Source: Eledone cirrhosa
Lineage: Eukaryota
Direction of reading: 5' to 3'
Length of the DNA stretch: 64,000 bases
Assembly: GCA_964016885.1 (NCBI GenBank)
Contig: OZ024744.1
Span: forward strand, 42,966,001-43,030,000
Both the position numbers and the translations under genes were made by a program. This document shows, piece by piece, positions 11,005-23,900 of this stretch. The notes beneath the pieces were generated by a model. The model was not told where the DNA came from. It worked only from the letters and a program-made list of their open reading frames with translations, and did not search any database. Position 1 is the first letter of the stretch; each line of letters begins with the position of its first letter.

Positions 11005-11290
11005 AAGTTCTGGACAACCCAGTCGGTTCCAAAATTGAGGGGATGTTTGTTAGGGTCAAAACTCTCTTGAAAATGAGGTTTAGCTCTGTGTGATGTGCAA
11101 AGCGACTGGCATTCAGGCGACAAAAAAGACCGTGGAGGCCAGTAGAGTCGAGGAGTTTGAGACATCGACACCTCAGACCTGTGCAGACGTCGGCTCCCTC
11201 TCTGAGAGCAATGGAGACACGAAGTTCATCCAAGCTGAGTATGCCACCAACGTTAGCCATGGGTAGGGCATCAACCCAGCAAAACAGCAA
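11005..11290 (-). mobile_element. CRE-clade fragment (post-RT region, zinc knuckle, start of RLE region)
   Basis: WVDALP...LRVSIALREGADVC..CRC...GLHGLFC...RFAHHTELNLIFKRVL...IPSILEPTGLSR. Confidence 0.85.
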
Positions 11291-11297
11291 AACAGCA

Positions 11298-11362
11298 AAA
11301 CAGACTGTCAGCGTCTCTCCCTTCTTTCTTTCGCCGAAAAGAAGTAAGTGACATAGTAACTA
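11298..11362 (+). repeat. Dispersed copy of 693-758 (3' half of the hammerhead plus downstream sequence)
   Basis: aaacagactgtcagcgtctctcccttctttctttcgccgaaaagaagtaagtgacatagtaact aligns with aaacagactctgttagcttttctcccttcttttgccgaaaaaaagaagtaagtgatatagtcact. Confidence 0.8.
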
Positions 11363-11439
11363 GTAACGGCCCCGTATTGGAACTTATCAAAATCAGTTAT
11401 TTATTAAAAGTCTCATTATAAATTTTACAAAACTGCCCT

Positions 11440-11842
11440 GTGAATGTATGTTTACATGTGTGAGTATGTAAATGTCCATACGTATGAGTGGTAGATACGC
11501 ATTTATGTCTTTATTGTTTATATATGTTTATATATGTGTGTGTGTGTATGTATATATGTATATGTGAGTATATATATATGTGTGTGTGTATGTATATGTA
11601 TGTGTGTATATATGTGTGAATATACATATATATATGTGTGTGTGTATATAAATGTGTGTGTATATATATATATATATATATAAATATATTTTTTTATATC
11701 TGAATGTGTGTGAGTGAGTGTATATATATATACGTGTGTGTATGTATATGTGTATATATATATATGTATGTATGGTATATAAATATATGTACATGTTTAT
11801 ATGCATATATGTATGTGAGTATATATATATATATTATATAAA

Positions 11843-11880
<38 letters not shown>

Positions 11881-11945
11881 ATATATACATACATATACAT
11901 ATATGTAAATATGTCTGTGTGTGTGTATGTGTACGTATATGTCTT
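11440..11945. repeat. Degenerate (TA)/(TG) microsatellite field
   Basis: Directly visible; source of the YIYI and THTH ORFs. Confidence 0.95.
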
Positions 11946-14501
11946 TACTTTTTCCTTATCTTTTATAATAATATTTATCAATATTATATTTCCCTTTTTC
12001 TACTTATCAGCTATTTATTTTGGAAAATACATTTTAGAATAATATGCCACAGTGGTCTGACGTTGTATCTCGGTAGTTAGACAACATATAGTAATGTGTT
12101 AGACTGGTCTGATGTTGTACCTCTGTAGGTAGACAACATAGAGTAATGTGTTAGAGGGGTCAGATATTGTACCTCTGTAGGTAGACAACATATAGGTAAT
12201 GTGGTAGAGTGGTCTGACGTTATACCTCTGTAGTTAGACAACATATAGTAATGTGTTAGACTGGTTTGACGTTATACCTCTGTAGTTCGACAACATATAG
12301 TAATGTGTTAGTATGGTCTGATGTGATAAATCTGTAGTTAGACAACATTTACTAATGTGTTAGCGTGGTCTGATACTGCTTTAGTTAGACAACATATAGT
12401 AATGTGCTAGTGTGGTCTGACGTTGTACCTCTGTAGTTAGACAACATATAGTAATGTGTTAGACTGGTCTGACGTTATACCTCTGTAGTTAGACAACATA
12501 TAGTAATGTGCTAATGTGTTCTGATGTTGTACATCTGTAGTTAGACGAGATATAGTAATGTGCTAGAGTGGTCAGAAGTTGTACCTCTGTAGTTAGACAA
12601 CATATAGTAATGTGTTAGAGTGGTCTGACGTTGTACCTCTGTAGTTAGACAACATGTAGTAATGTGCTAGTGTGGTCCGGTGTTATACCTCTGCAGTTAG
12701 ACAACATATAGTAATGTGCTAGAGTGGTTTGATTTTGTAGCTCTGTAGTTAGACAACATATAGTAATGAAATAAAGTGGTCTGACGTTGTACCTCTGTAG
12801 TTAGACAACATATAGTAATGAGTTAGAGTTGTCTAATACAGCTGTAGTTAGACAACATATAGTAATGTGCTAGTGTGGTCTGATGTTATACCTCCTTAGT
12901 TCTACAAAATATAGCAATGTGTTAGACTGGTCTGACGTTATACCTCTTTAGTTAGACAACATATAGTAATGGAATAGAGTGGTCCGATGTTGTACCTCTA
13001 TAGTTAGACAACATATAGTAATGTACTAGAATGCTCTAACGTTGTACCTCTGTAGTTAGACAGCATATATAAATGTGCTACAGTGGTCTGATATTGTACC
13101 TCTCTAGCTAGACAACATATAGTAATGTGCTAGAGTGGTCTAACGTTGTACCTCTGTAGTTAGACAACATATAGTAATGTGTTAGACTGGTTTGATGTTA
13201 TACCTATGTAGGTAGATAACATATAGTAATGTGCTAGAGTGGTCTGATGTTATAACTCCGTAGTTAGACACCATATAGTAATGTGCTAGAGTGGTTTGAC
13301 TTTGTAGCTCTGTAGTTAGACAACATATAGTAAGGTGTTAGTGTGGTTTGACGTTAAACCTCTGTAGTTAGACAAAATATAGTAATATGCTAGTGTGGTC
13401 TGATATTATACCTCCGTAGTTAGACAACATATAGAAAAGTTTTAGACTAGTCTGACGTTGTACCTCTGTAGTTAGACAACATATAGTAATGTGTTAGGGT
13501 GGTCTGATGTTATACCTCTGTAGATAGACACATATATTAATGTGTGAGAGTGGTCTGATACCGCTGTAGTTAAACAACAAATAGTAATGTGCTAGTGTGG
13601 GCTGATATTATACCTCAGTAGTTAGACACCATGTAGCAATGTGTTAGACTGGTATGATGTTATACCTCTGTAGTTAGACACCATGTAGCAATGTGCTAGA
13701 GTGGTATGACGTTGTACCTCTGTAGTTAGACAACATATAGTAATGTGTTAGAGTGGTTTGACGTTGTACCTCTGTAGTTAGTCAACATATATTAATGTGT
13801 TAGAGTGGTTTGACCTTGTACCTCTGTAGTTAGACAACATATATTAATGTGTTAGAGTGGTCTGATACCGCTGTAGTTAGACAACAAATAGTAATGTGCT
13901 AGTGTAGTTTGATGTTATACCTCCGTAGTTAGACATCACATAGCAATGAGTTACACCTTTCTGAGGTTATACCTCTGTAGTTAGTCAACATATAGTAATG
14001 TACTAGAGTGGTCTGATACCTCTGTAGTTAGACAACATATAGTTATGTGTTACACTGGTCTGACGTTGTACCTCTGTAGTTACACAACATATAGTAATGC
14101 GCTAGAGTGGTATGATGTTGTACCTATGTAGTTAGACAACATATAGTAATGTGTTTGAGTGGTCTGACGTTGTACACTGTAGTTGGACAACATATAGTAA
14201 TGTGCTAGAGTGGTCTGACGCCGTACCTCTGTAGTTAGACAACATATAGTAATGTGCTAGTGTGGTCTGACGCTTTATCTCTGTAGTTAGACATCATATA
14301 GTAATGAAATACAGTGGTCTGACGTTGTTTCTCTGTAGTTAGACAACATATAGTAATGTGCTAGAGTGGTTGATGTTATACCTGTGTAGTTAGACAACAT
14401 ATAGTAATGTGTTAAGAGTGGTCTGATGTTATACATTTGTAGTTAGACAACATATAGTTTTGTGTCAGAATGGTCTGATGTTATAAATCTGTAGTTAGAC
14501 A

Positions 14502-14669
14502 TAGATACGTCCCTTACGATAGTTACGTCCCTACTATAGTTACGTCCCTTTACGATCTGAGTTCAAATCCCGCCGAGGTTGACTTTGCCTTTCATCCTTA
14601 CGGGGTCGATAAAATAAAGTACCAGTAATGCACTGGGTAATTACTGGCCTTGTGCCTAAAGTAGAAACA
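14502..14669 (+). mobile_element. 5'-truncated tRNA-derived SINE inserted in the satellite
   Basis: B-box-like GAGTTCAAATCCC followed by gccgaggttgactttgcctttcatccttacggggtcgataaaataaagtaccag, which resembles octopus SINEs from memory. Flanked by direct repeat GTTATAAATCTGTAGTTAGACA at 14480-14501 and 14670-14691. Confidence 0.85.
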
Positions 14670-16580
14670 GTTATAAATCTGTAGTTAGACAACATATAGT
14701 AATGTGCTAGACTGGTCTGACATTGTACCTCTATAGTTAGACTACATATAGATAGTAATGTGCTAGAGTGGTTTGACTTTGTACCTCTGTAGTTAGACAA
14801 CATATAGTAATGAACTACAGTGGTCTGACGTTGTACCTCTGTAGTTAGACAACATATAGTAATGTGCTAGAGTGGTCTGACGTTATACCTCTGTAGATAG
14901 ACAACATATAGTAATGTGTTAGAGTGGTCTGATACCGCTGCAGTTAGACAAAATATAGAAATATGCTAGTGTGGTCTGATATTATACATCCGTAGTTAGA
15001 CAACATATAGCAATGTGTTAGACTGGTTTGACTTTATACCTCTATAGTTAGTCAACATATAGTAATGTACTAGAGTGGTCTGATACCTCTGTAGTTAGAC
15101 AACATATAGTTATGTATTTGAGTGGTCTGACGTTGTACATCTGTAGTTAGACAACATAGTAATGTGCTAGAGTGGTCTGGCGTTGTACCTCTGTAGTTAG
15201 ACAACATATAGTAATGTGTTAGGGTGGTCTGATATTATACCTCGGTAGACAGACAACATATATTAATGTGTTAGAGTGGTTTGACTTTGTAGCTCTGTAG
15301 TTAGACAACATATAGTAAGGTGTTAGTGTGGTTTGACGTTAAACCTCTGTAGTTAGACAACACATAGCAATGTGCTACATTGGTCTGAGGTTATACCTCT
15401 GTAGTTATTCAACATATAGTAATGTACTAGAGTGGTCTGATACCTCTGTAGTTAGACAACATATAGTAATGTGTTACACTGGTCTGACGTTGTACCTCTG
15501 TAGTTAGACAACATATAGTAATGTGTTAGAGTGGTCTGACGTTATACCTCTGTAGATAGACAACATATAGTAATGTGTTAGAGTGGTCTGATACAGCTGC
15601 AGTTAGACAAAATATAGTAATATGCTAGTGTGGGCTGATATTATACCTCCGTAGTTAGACAACATATAGTAATGTGTTAGACTGGTTTGACGTTATACCT
15701 CTGTAGTTAGTCAACATATAGTAATGTACTAGAGTGGTAATGATGTTGTACCTCTGTAGTTATACATCATATAGTAATGTGCTAGAGTCGTTTGACGTTG
15801 TACCTTTGTAGTTAGACAACATATAGTAATGTGCCAGAGTGGTCTGATGTTATACCTCTGTAGTTAGACAACATATAATTATGTGTTAGAGTGGTCTGAC
15901 GTTGTACCTCTGTAGTTAGACAACATATATGAATGTGTTAGCGTGATCTGACGTTGTGCAACTGTAGTTAGACAACATAGTAATGTGCTAGAGTGATTTG
16001 ACCTTGTACCTTTGTAGTTAGAAAACATATAGTAATGAACTACAGTGGTCTGACGTTGTACCGCTGTAGTTAGACAACATATAGTAATGTGTTAGAGTGG
16101 TCTGATGTTATACCTCTATAGATAGACAACATATATTAATGTGTGAGAGTGGTCTGATACCGCTGTAGTTAGGCAACAAATTGTAATGTGCTAGTGTAGT
16201 CTGATATAATACCTCCGTAGTTAGACACCATATAGTAATGTGTTAGACTAGTCTGACGTTGTACCTCTGTAGTTCAACAACATATAGTAATGTATTAGAG
16301 TTGTCAGACGTTGTACCTCTGTAGTTAGACAACATATAGTAATGTGTTAGAGTGGTCTGACGTTCTACCTCGGTAGTTAAACAAAATATAGTAATGTGCT
16401 AGAGTGGTCTGACGTTATACGTCTGTAGTTAGACAACATATAGTAATGTGTTAGATTGGTCTGACGTTGTACCTCTGTAATTAGACAACATAGAGTGATG
16501 CGTTAGAGTGGTCTGATACCGCTGCAGTTAGACAAAATATAGTAATATGCTAGTGTCTTCTGATATTATACCTTCGTAGT

Positions 16581-17981
16581 ATATATACTAAGTGAAGCCT
16601 TTCTTTCTTTTTCATCATTGTCACTTTCACACACACAGTTTTTTTCAAAATGGCTGCCAACGACCTGTTGCACTATCATTTTAGCGCAATTTTCTCGCAC
16701 AATAGAAATTTCTTTTTTTTCAAGTTAACCTTGTTTTGGCACGTGTAGGCAGCAGAATTCTCGACTCACGGAGATAACAACACGCCATGAGATAACGTTT
16801 CTCGCCAACGATTCTCCAGCTGTAAGCTATATTCTCCTATTTGCCGGTTTAAAAATTTACCACGTAAATTTGCCGTTGAAAACTGCGCATTTATTCAGAA
16901 TGCTTATTTCTTTGGTCGCTGGCCTCTTGACCCTTACAGGTCAACGCATTCTCAACATCGACCATCAACTTCGGCTGTTATTTCTAGCACTTTGCGCAAC
17001 TCATTTTTTCTAAACAAAATTTTTTTACTGTGAATTTAACATCGAATACGCTCACTCCGCGAGACAACAACATTAACAGCAACACAGCTTCATCAACAAC
17101 CAAAACCATCAGAACAAGCCAGAGAATTTATTTTTCCAGCACTCTTCCTGTGAGAAAATCCATTCGGAGGTTGGAAATTTCACCTTATACCACAGAACAG
17201 ACACCACCTGCATTCATTCTCTGGAACACACTTTCTTTCCTGCTGTCATGTGATTGCACACCTGTGAACTGTATTTTGAACATTTGAACTTTGAGCTCTT
17301 CTCTTACTTTGATTACATTGTATCTTTGGGTGATGGATAGATAGATGTCCAGTCGTTCTTTGGCCAAGAGCGGTTGGCTACCTTGATATCTATCATTGAT
17401 TTTTGCAAACATTATTTTTTTTTCGTAATTTCCATGCCGGTTACAATATTCTAGCCAACTTACTACATACATATTTCATTCGATTTTTATGTTTTAAAAA
17501 TCTGGCGCGAGATCATGTAGAAAGAGTTGCCTCCCTTGTCATGACAATCTCATCACCGCTCTCTAGACAGGAAGTAGCTGGAGTTGCTTCCCTTTGGGAG
17601 TGATAGAACCCTGTTGGTCACTTCCGGTCAGACCCTATAAAAGGAAGAGGGTTAGGACAATCTCTCTCTCTCTCGCCTCCTGAATCCCAAAGTGTTAACA
17701 ACAACTGCGAACTTATCATGAGATGATTCCTTTCTTATTTTCCTTCGCCACTCATAAAGAATGCAAACGCCAGCATAAGAGCCTAAGAAGATGTTAACAC
17801 CTCCAAGAGAAGATATCTGTTCTTCTCCACACACTTCAGCCTAGGAATTGTGACCCACGGGTAATGATTCATTTATATTAATCCCTTTGACTTCTATGAA
17901 TTAAAAACGTTATTACAACACACACCGGCATTTATTGTCTTTTGTAATAATTTTATATGTACACCGATACTAATCTCCCAA
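16581..17981. mobile_element. Unclassified 1.4-kb insertion in the satellite
   Basis: Non-satellite sequence flanked by ACCTTCGTAGT (16570-16580) and ACCTCCGTAGT (17982-17992). The satellite phase resumes exactly, and I recognise no protein motif. Confidence 0.7.
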
Positions 17982-20900
17982 ACCTCCGTAGTTAGACAAC
18001 ATATAGCACTGTGTTAGACTGGTTTGACGTTATACCTCTGTAGTTAGACAACATATAGTAATGTACTAGAGTGGTCTGATGTTATAACTCCGTAGTTAGA
18101 CAACATATAGTAATGTGTTAGAGTGGTCTGACGTTATACCTCTGTAGATAGACAACATATAACAATGTGTTAGAGTGGTCTGATACCGCTGCAGTTAGAC
18201 AAAATATAGTAATATGAAAGAATGTTTTGACGTTGTACCTCTGTAGTTAGACAACATATAGTAATGAACTAGAGTGGTCTGATGTTATACCTCTGTAGTT
18301 AGACATCATATACTAATGCGCTAGAGTAGTCTGATACCTCTGTAGTTAGACAACATATAGTAATGTAATAGAGTGGTGCGATGTTGTACCTCTGTAGTTA
18401 GACAACATATAGTAATGTGGTAAAGTGTTCTGACGTTGTACCTCTGTAGTTAGACAACATATAGTAATGTGCTAGAGTGGTATGATGTTATACCTCTGTA
18501 GTTAGACAACATATAGTAATGTGTTAGAGTGGTCTGATGTTATACCTCTGTAGTTAGACAACATATAGTAATGTGTTAGAGTGGTTTGACCTTGTACCTC
18601 TGTAGTTAGACAACATATAGTAATGAACTACAGTGGTCTGACGTTGTACATCTGTAGTTAGACAGCATATAGTAATGTTTTAGAGTGGTCTGAAGTTATA
18701 CCTCGGTAGATAGACAACATATAGTAATGTGTTAGAGTGGTCTGACGTTGTACCTCTGCAGTTTGACAAAATATAGTAATATGCTTGAAGAGTTTGACAT
18801 TGTACCTCTGTAGTTAGACAACATAGAGTAATGTATTAGAGTTGTCAGACGTTGTACCACTGTAGTTAGACAACATATAGTAATGTGCTAGAGTGGTCTG
18901 ATACCTCTGTAGTTCGACAAGTTATAGTAATGTGTTAGACTGGTCTGACGTTGTACCTCTGTAGTTGGACAACATGTAGTAATGTACTAGAGTGGTCCGA
19001 TGTTGTACCTCTGTAGTTAGACAACATATAGTAACGTGTTAGAGTTTTCTGACGTTGTAACTTTGTAGTTAGAGAACATATAGTTATGTGCTGTAGTTAG
19101 ACAAAATATAGTAATGTGTTAGACTGGCCTAATGTTATACCTCTGTAGTTAGACAACATATAGTAATGTGTTGGAGTGGTCTGACGTTGTACCTCTGTAG
19201 TTAGACAACATATAGTAAAGTACTAGAGTGGTCTGATGTTATAACTCTGTAGTTAGACATCATACAGTAATGTGTTAGAGTGGTCTGACGTTATACCTTT
19301 GTAATTAGACAACATATAACAATGTGTTAGAGTGGTCTGATACCGCTGCAGTTAGACAAAATATAGTAATATGCTAGAAGAGTTTGACATTGTACCTCTG
19401 CAGTTAGACAACATATATTAATCAACTAGAGTGGTCTGATGTTATACCTCTGTAGTTAGACAACATATAGTAATGTGCTAGAGTGGTCTGATACTTCTGT
19501 AGTTAGACAACATATAGCAATGTGTGAGACTGGTCTGACGTTGTACATCTGTAGTTAGACAACATATAGTAATGTGTTAGAGTGGTCTGACGCTGTACAT
19601 CTGTAGTTAGACAACATATAGTAATGTACAAGAGTGGTTTGATCTTGCACGTCTGTAGTTAGACAACATATAGAAATGAACTACAGTGGTCTGACGTTGT
19701 ACATCTGTAGTTACACAGCATATAGTAGTGTTTTAGAGAGGTCTGAAGTTATACCTCTGTAGATAGACAACATATAGTAATGTGTTAGAGTAGTCTGATA
19801 CCGCTGAAGCTAGACAACAAATAGTAATGTACTAGAGTGGTCTGATATTATATCTCTGTATTAGACAACATATAGTATTGTGTCAGAGTGGTCTGATGTT
19901 AGAAATCTGTAGTTAGACAACATATAGTAATATCCTAGACTGGTCTGACATTGTACCTCTATAGTTAGACTACATATAGTAATGTGTTAGAGTGGTTTGA
20001 CGTTATACCTCTGTAGTTAGACAACAAATAGTAATATGCTAGTGTGGACTGATGTTATACCCCCGTAGTTAGACAATATATAGCAATGTGTTAGACTTGT
20101 CTGACGTTATATTTCTGAGGTTAGACAACATATAGTAATGTGCTAGAGTGGTATGACGTTGTACCTCTGTAGTGAGACAACATATAGTAATGTGTTAGAG
20201 TGGTCTGACGTTATACCTCTGTAGATAGACGACATATAGTAATGTACTAGAGTGATTTGACCTTGTACCCGAGCAGTTAGACAACATATATTAATGAACT
20301 ATAGTGGTCTGACGTTGTACCTCTGTAGTTAGACAACATATAGTAATATGTTAGAGTGGTCCGACGTTGTACATCTGTAGTTAGACAACATATATTAATG
20401 TGTTAGAGTGGTCTGATGATGTACCGCTGAAGTTAGACAACATATAATAATGTGCTAGAGTGGTCTGATACTGCTGTAGTTAGAAAACAAATAGTAATGT
20501 GCTAGTGTAGTCTGATGTTATACATCCGTTGTTAGACAACATATAGCAATGAGTTAGACTGGTCTGACGTTAAACATCTGTAGTTAGACAACATATAGTA
20601 ATGTACTAGAGTGGTATGACCTTGTACCTCTGTAGTTAGATAACATATAGCAATGAGTTAGACTGGTCTGACGTTAAACATCTGTAGTTAGACAACATAT
20701 AGTAATGTGTTAGAGTGGTCTGACAAAGTACCTCTGTAGTTAGACATTATAGAGTAATGTATTAGAGTTGTCAGACGTTGTACCTCTGTAGTTAGACAAC
20801 ATATAGTAATGTGTTAGAGTGGTCTGATACCGCTGCAGTTAGACAATATATAGTAATAGCTAGTGTGGTCTGATATTATACATCCGTAGTTAGACAACAT

Positions 20901-23900
20901 ATAGCAATGTGTTAGACTTGTCTGACGTAATAGCTCTGTAGTTAGACAACATATAGTAATGTGTTAGACTGGTGTGATGTTATACCTCTGTAGTTAGACA
21001 ACATAAAGTAATGTGTTAGAGTGGTTTGACCTTGTACCTCTGTAGTTAGACAACATATAGTAATGAACTACAGTGGTCTGACGTTGTACATCTGTAGTTA
21101 GACAGCATATAGTAATGTTTTAGAGTAGTCTGATACCGCTGAAGCTGGACAACAAATAGTAATGTACTAGAGTCGTCTGATATTATATCTCTGTATTAGA
21201 CAATATATAGTATTGTGTGAGAGTGGTCTGATGTTAGAAATCTGTAGTTAGACAACATATAGTAATATCCTAGACTGGTCTGACATTCTACCTCTATAGT
21301 TAGACTACATATAGTAATGTGTTAGAGTGGTCTGACCCTGTACCTCTGTAGTTAGACAACATATAGCAATGTGTTAGACTGGTTTGACGTTATACCTCTG
21401 TAGTTAAACAACATATACTAATGTACTAGAGTGGTCTGACGTTATACCTCTATAGTTAGACAACATATAGCAATGTGTGAGACTGATCTGACGTTGAACA
21501 TCTGTAGTTAGACAATTTATAGTAATGTGTTATAGTGTTCTGACGTTGTAACTCTGTAGTTAGAGAACATATAGTTATGTGTTGTAGTTAGACAACATAT
21601 AGTAATGTTTTAGAATGTTCTGATGTTATACCTCTGTAGATAAACAACATATAGTAATGTGTTAGAGTGGTCTGACGTTGTACATCTGTAGTTAGACAAC
21701 ATATATTAATGTTTTAGAGTGGTCTGATACCGCTGTAGTTAGACAAAAAATAGTAATGTGCTAGTGTAGTCTGATGTTATACCCCCGTAGTTAGACAACA
21801 CAGCAATATGTTAGACTGGTCTGAAGTTATACCTCTGAGGTTAGACAACATATAGTAATGTGCTAGAGTGGTATGATGTTGTACCTCTGTAGTTAGACAA
21901 CATATAGTAATGTGTTAGAGTGGTCTAACGTTACACCTCTGTAGTTAGACAACCTATAGTAATGTGTTAGAGTGGTCTAACGTTACACCTCTGTAGATAG
22001 ACGACATACAGTAATGTGCTAGAGTGATTTGACCTTTTACCCGAGTAGTTAGACAACATATAGTAATGAACTATAGTGGTCTGAAGTTGTACCTCTGTAG
22101 TTAGACAACATATAGTAATATGTTAGAATGGTCCGACGTTGTACATTTGTAGTTAGACAACATATATTAATGTGTTAGAGTGGTCTGATACTGCTGTAGT
22201 TAGAAAACAAATAGTAAAGTGCTAGTGTAGTCTGATGTTATACATCCGTAGTTAGACAACATATAGCAATGAGTTAGACTGGTCTGACGTTAACCCTCTG
22301 TAGTTAGACAACATATAGTAATGTGCTAGAGTGGTATGATGTCGTACTGCTGTAGTTAGACAACATGTAGTAATGTGTTAGAGTGGTCTGAAGTTGTACA
22401 TCTGTAGTTAAACGACATATAGTAATGTACTAGAGTGGTTTGACCTTGTACTTCTGTAGTAATATGCGAGTCTGGTGTGACATTATACCTCTGTAGTTAG
22501 AAAACATATCGTAATTAACTACAGTGGTCTGACGTAGTACCTCTGTAGTTAGACAACATAGAGTAATGTATTAGAGTTGTGAAACGTTGTACCTCTGTAG
22601 TTAGACAACATATAGTAATGTGTTAGAGTGGTCTGATACCGCTGCAGTTAGACAAATTATAGTGATATGCTAGTGTGGACTGATATTATACCTCCGTAGT
22701 TAGACAACATATAGCAATGTGCTAGAGTGGTTTGACCTTGTACCTCTGTAGTGAGCAACAGATAGTAATGTGTTAGACTGGTCTGACTTAATACCTCTGT
22801 AGGTAGACAACATATAGTAATGTGCTAGAGTGGTTTGAGCTTGTACCTCTGTAGTTAGCAACATATAGTAATGAACTACAGTGGTCTGACGTTGTACATC
22901 TGTAGTTAGACAACATATAGTAATGTGTTAGACTGGTCTGACGTTGTACACCTGTAGTTAGACAACATGTAGTAATCTGCTAGAGTGGTCTGATAACTTT
23001 GAAATTAAACAACATATAGTAATGTGTTACACTGGTCTGATGTTATACCTCTGTAGTTAGACAACATATAGTATTGTGTTAGAGTGGTCTGACGTTTACC
23101 CCTGTAGTTAGACATCATATATTAATGTGTCAGAGCGGTCTGACGTTAAACCTATTTCGTTAGACAATATATAGTAATGGGTTTGACTGGTCTGATGTTA
23201 TACATCTGTAATTAGACAACATATAGTAATGTGTTAGAATGGTCTGACGTTATACCTTTGTAGCTAGACAACATATAGTAATGGGTTAGAGTGGTCTGAC
23301 TTTATTCCTCTGTAGTTAGACAACATGTAGTAATGAACTACAGTGGCCTGACATTGTGCCTCTCTAGTTAGACAACATATAGTAATGTGTTAGAATGGAC
23401 TGACGTTGTACCTTTGTAGTTAGACCACATATAGTAATGTGTTAGAATGTTCTGATACCTCTGTAGTTAGACAAAATATAGTATATGTTAGAGTGGTCTG
23501 ATGTTATACCTCTATAGTTAGACAACATATAGTAGGGTGTTAGAGTGGTCTACTGTTGTACCTCTGTAGTTAGACAACATATAGTAATGTGCTAGAGTGG
23601 TATGATGTTGTACCTCTATAGTTAGACAACATATTTTAATGTGTTAGAGTGGTCTGACGTTGTGCCTCTGTAGTTAGACAAAATATAGTAATGTGTTAGA
23701 TGGTCTGATGTTATAGCTATGTAGTTAGAGAACATATAGTAGTGTGTTAGAGTGGTTTGACGTTGTACCTCTGCAGTTAGACAACATATAGTAATGTGTA
23801 AGAGTGGTCTGACTTTATACCTCTGTAGTTAGACAAAATATAGTAATGCGTTAGAGTGGTCTGATGTTATAAATCTGTAGTTAGATAGCATATAGTAATG

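Noticed and set aside
11528-12080. YI/HT-rich ORFs
   Set aside because: They are translations of TA/TG low-complexity sequence.
14556-14575. tRNA gene
   Set aside because: Only a B-box-like motif within a truncated SINE is present, with no cloverleaf.
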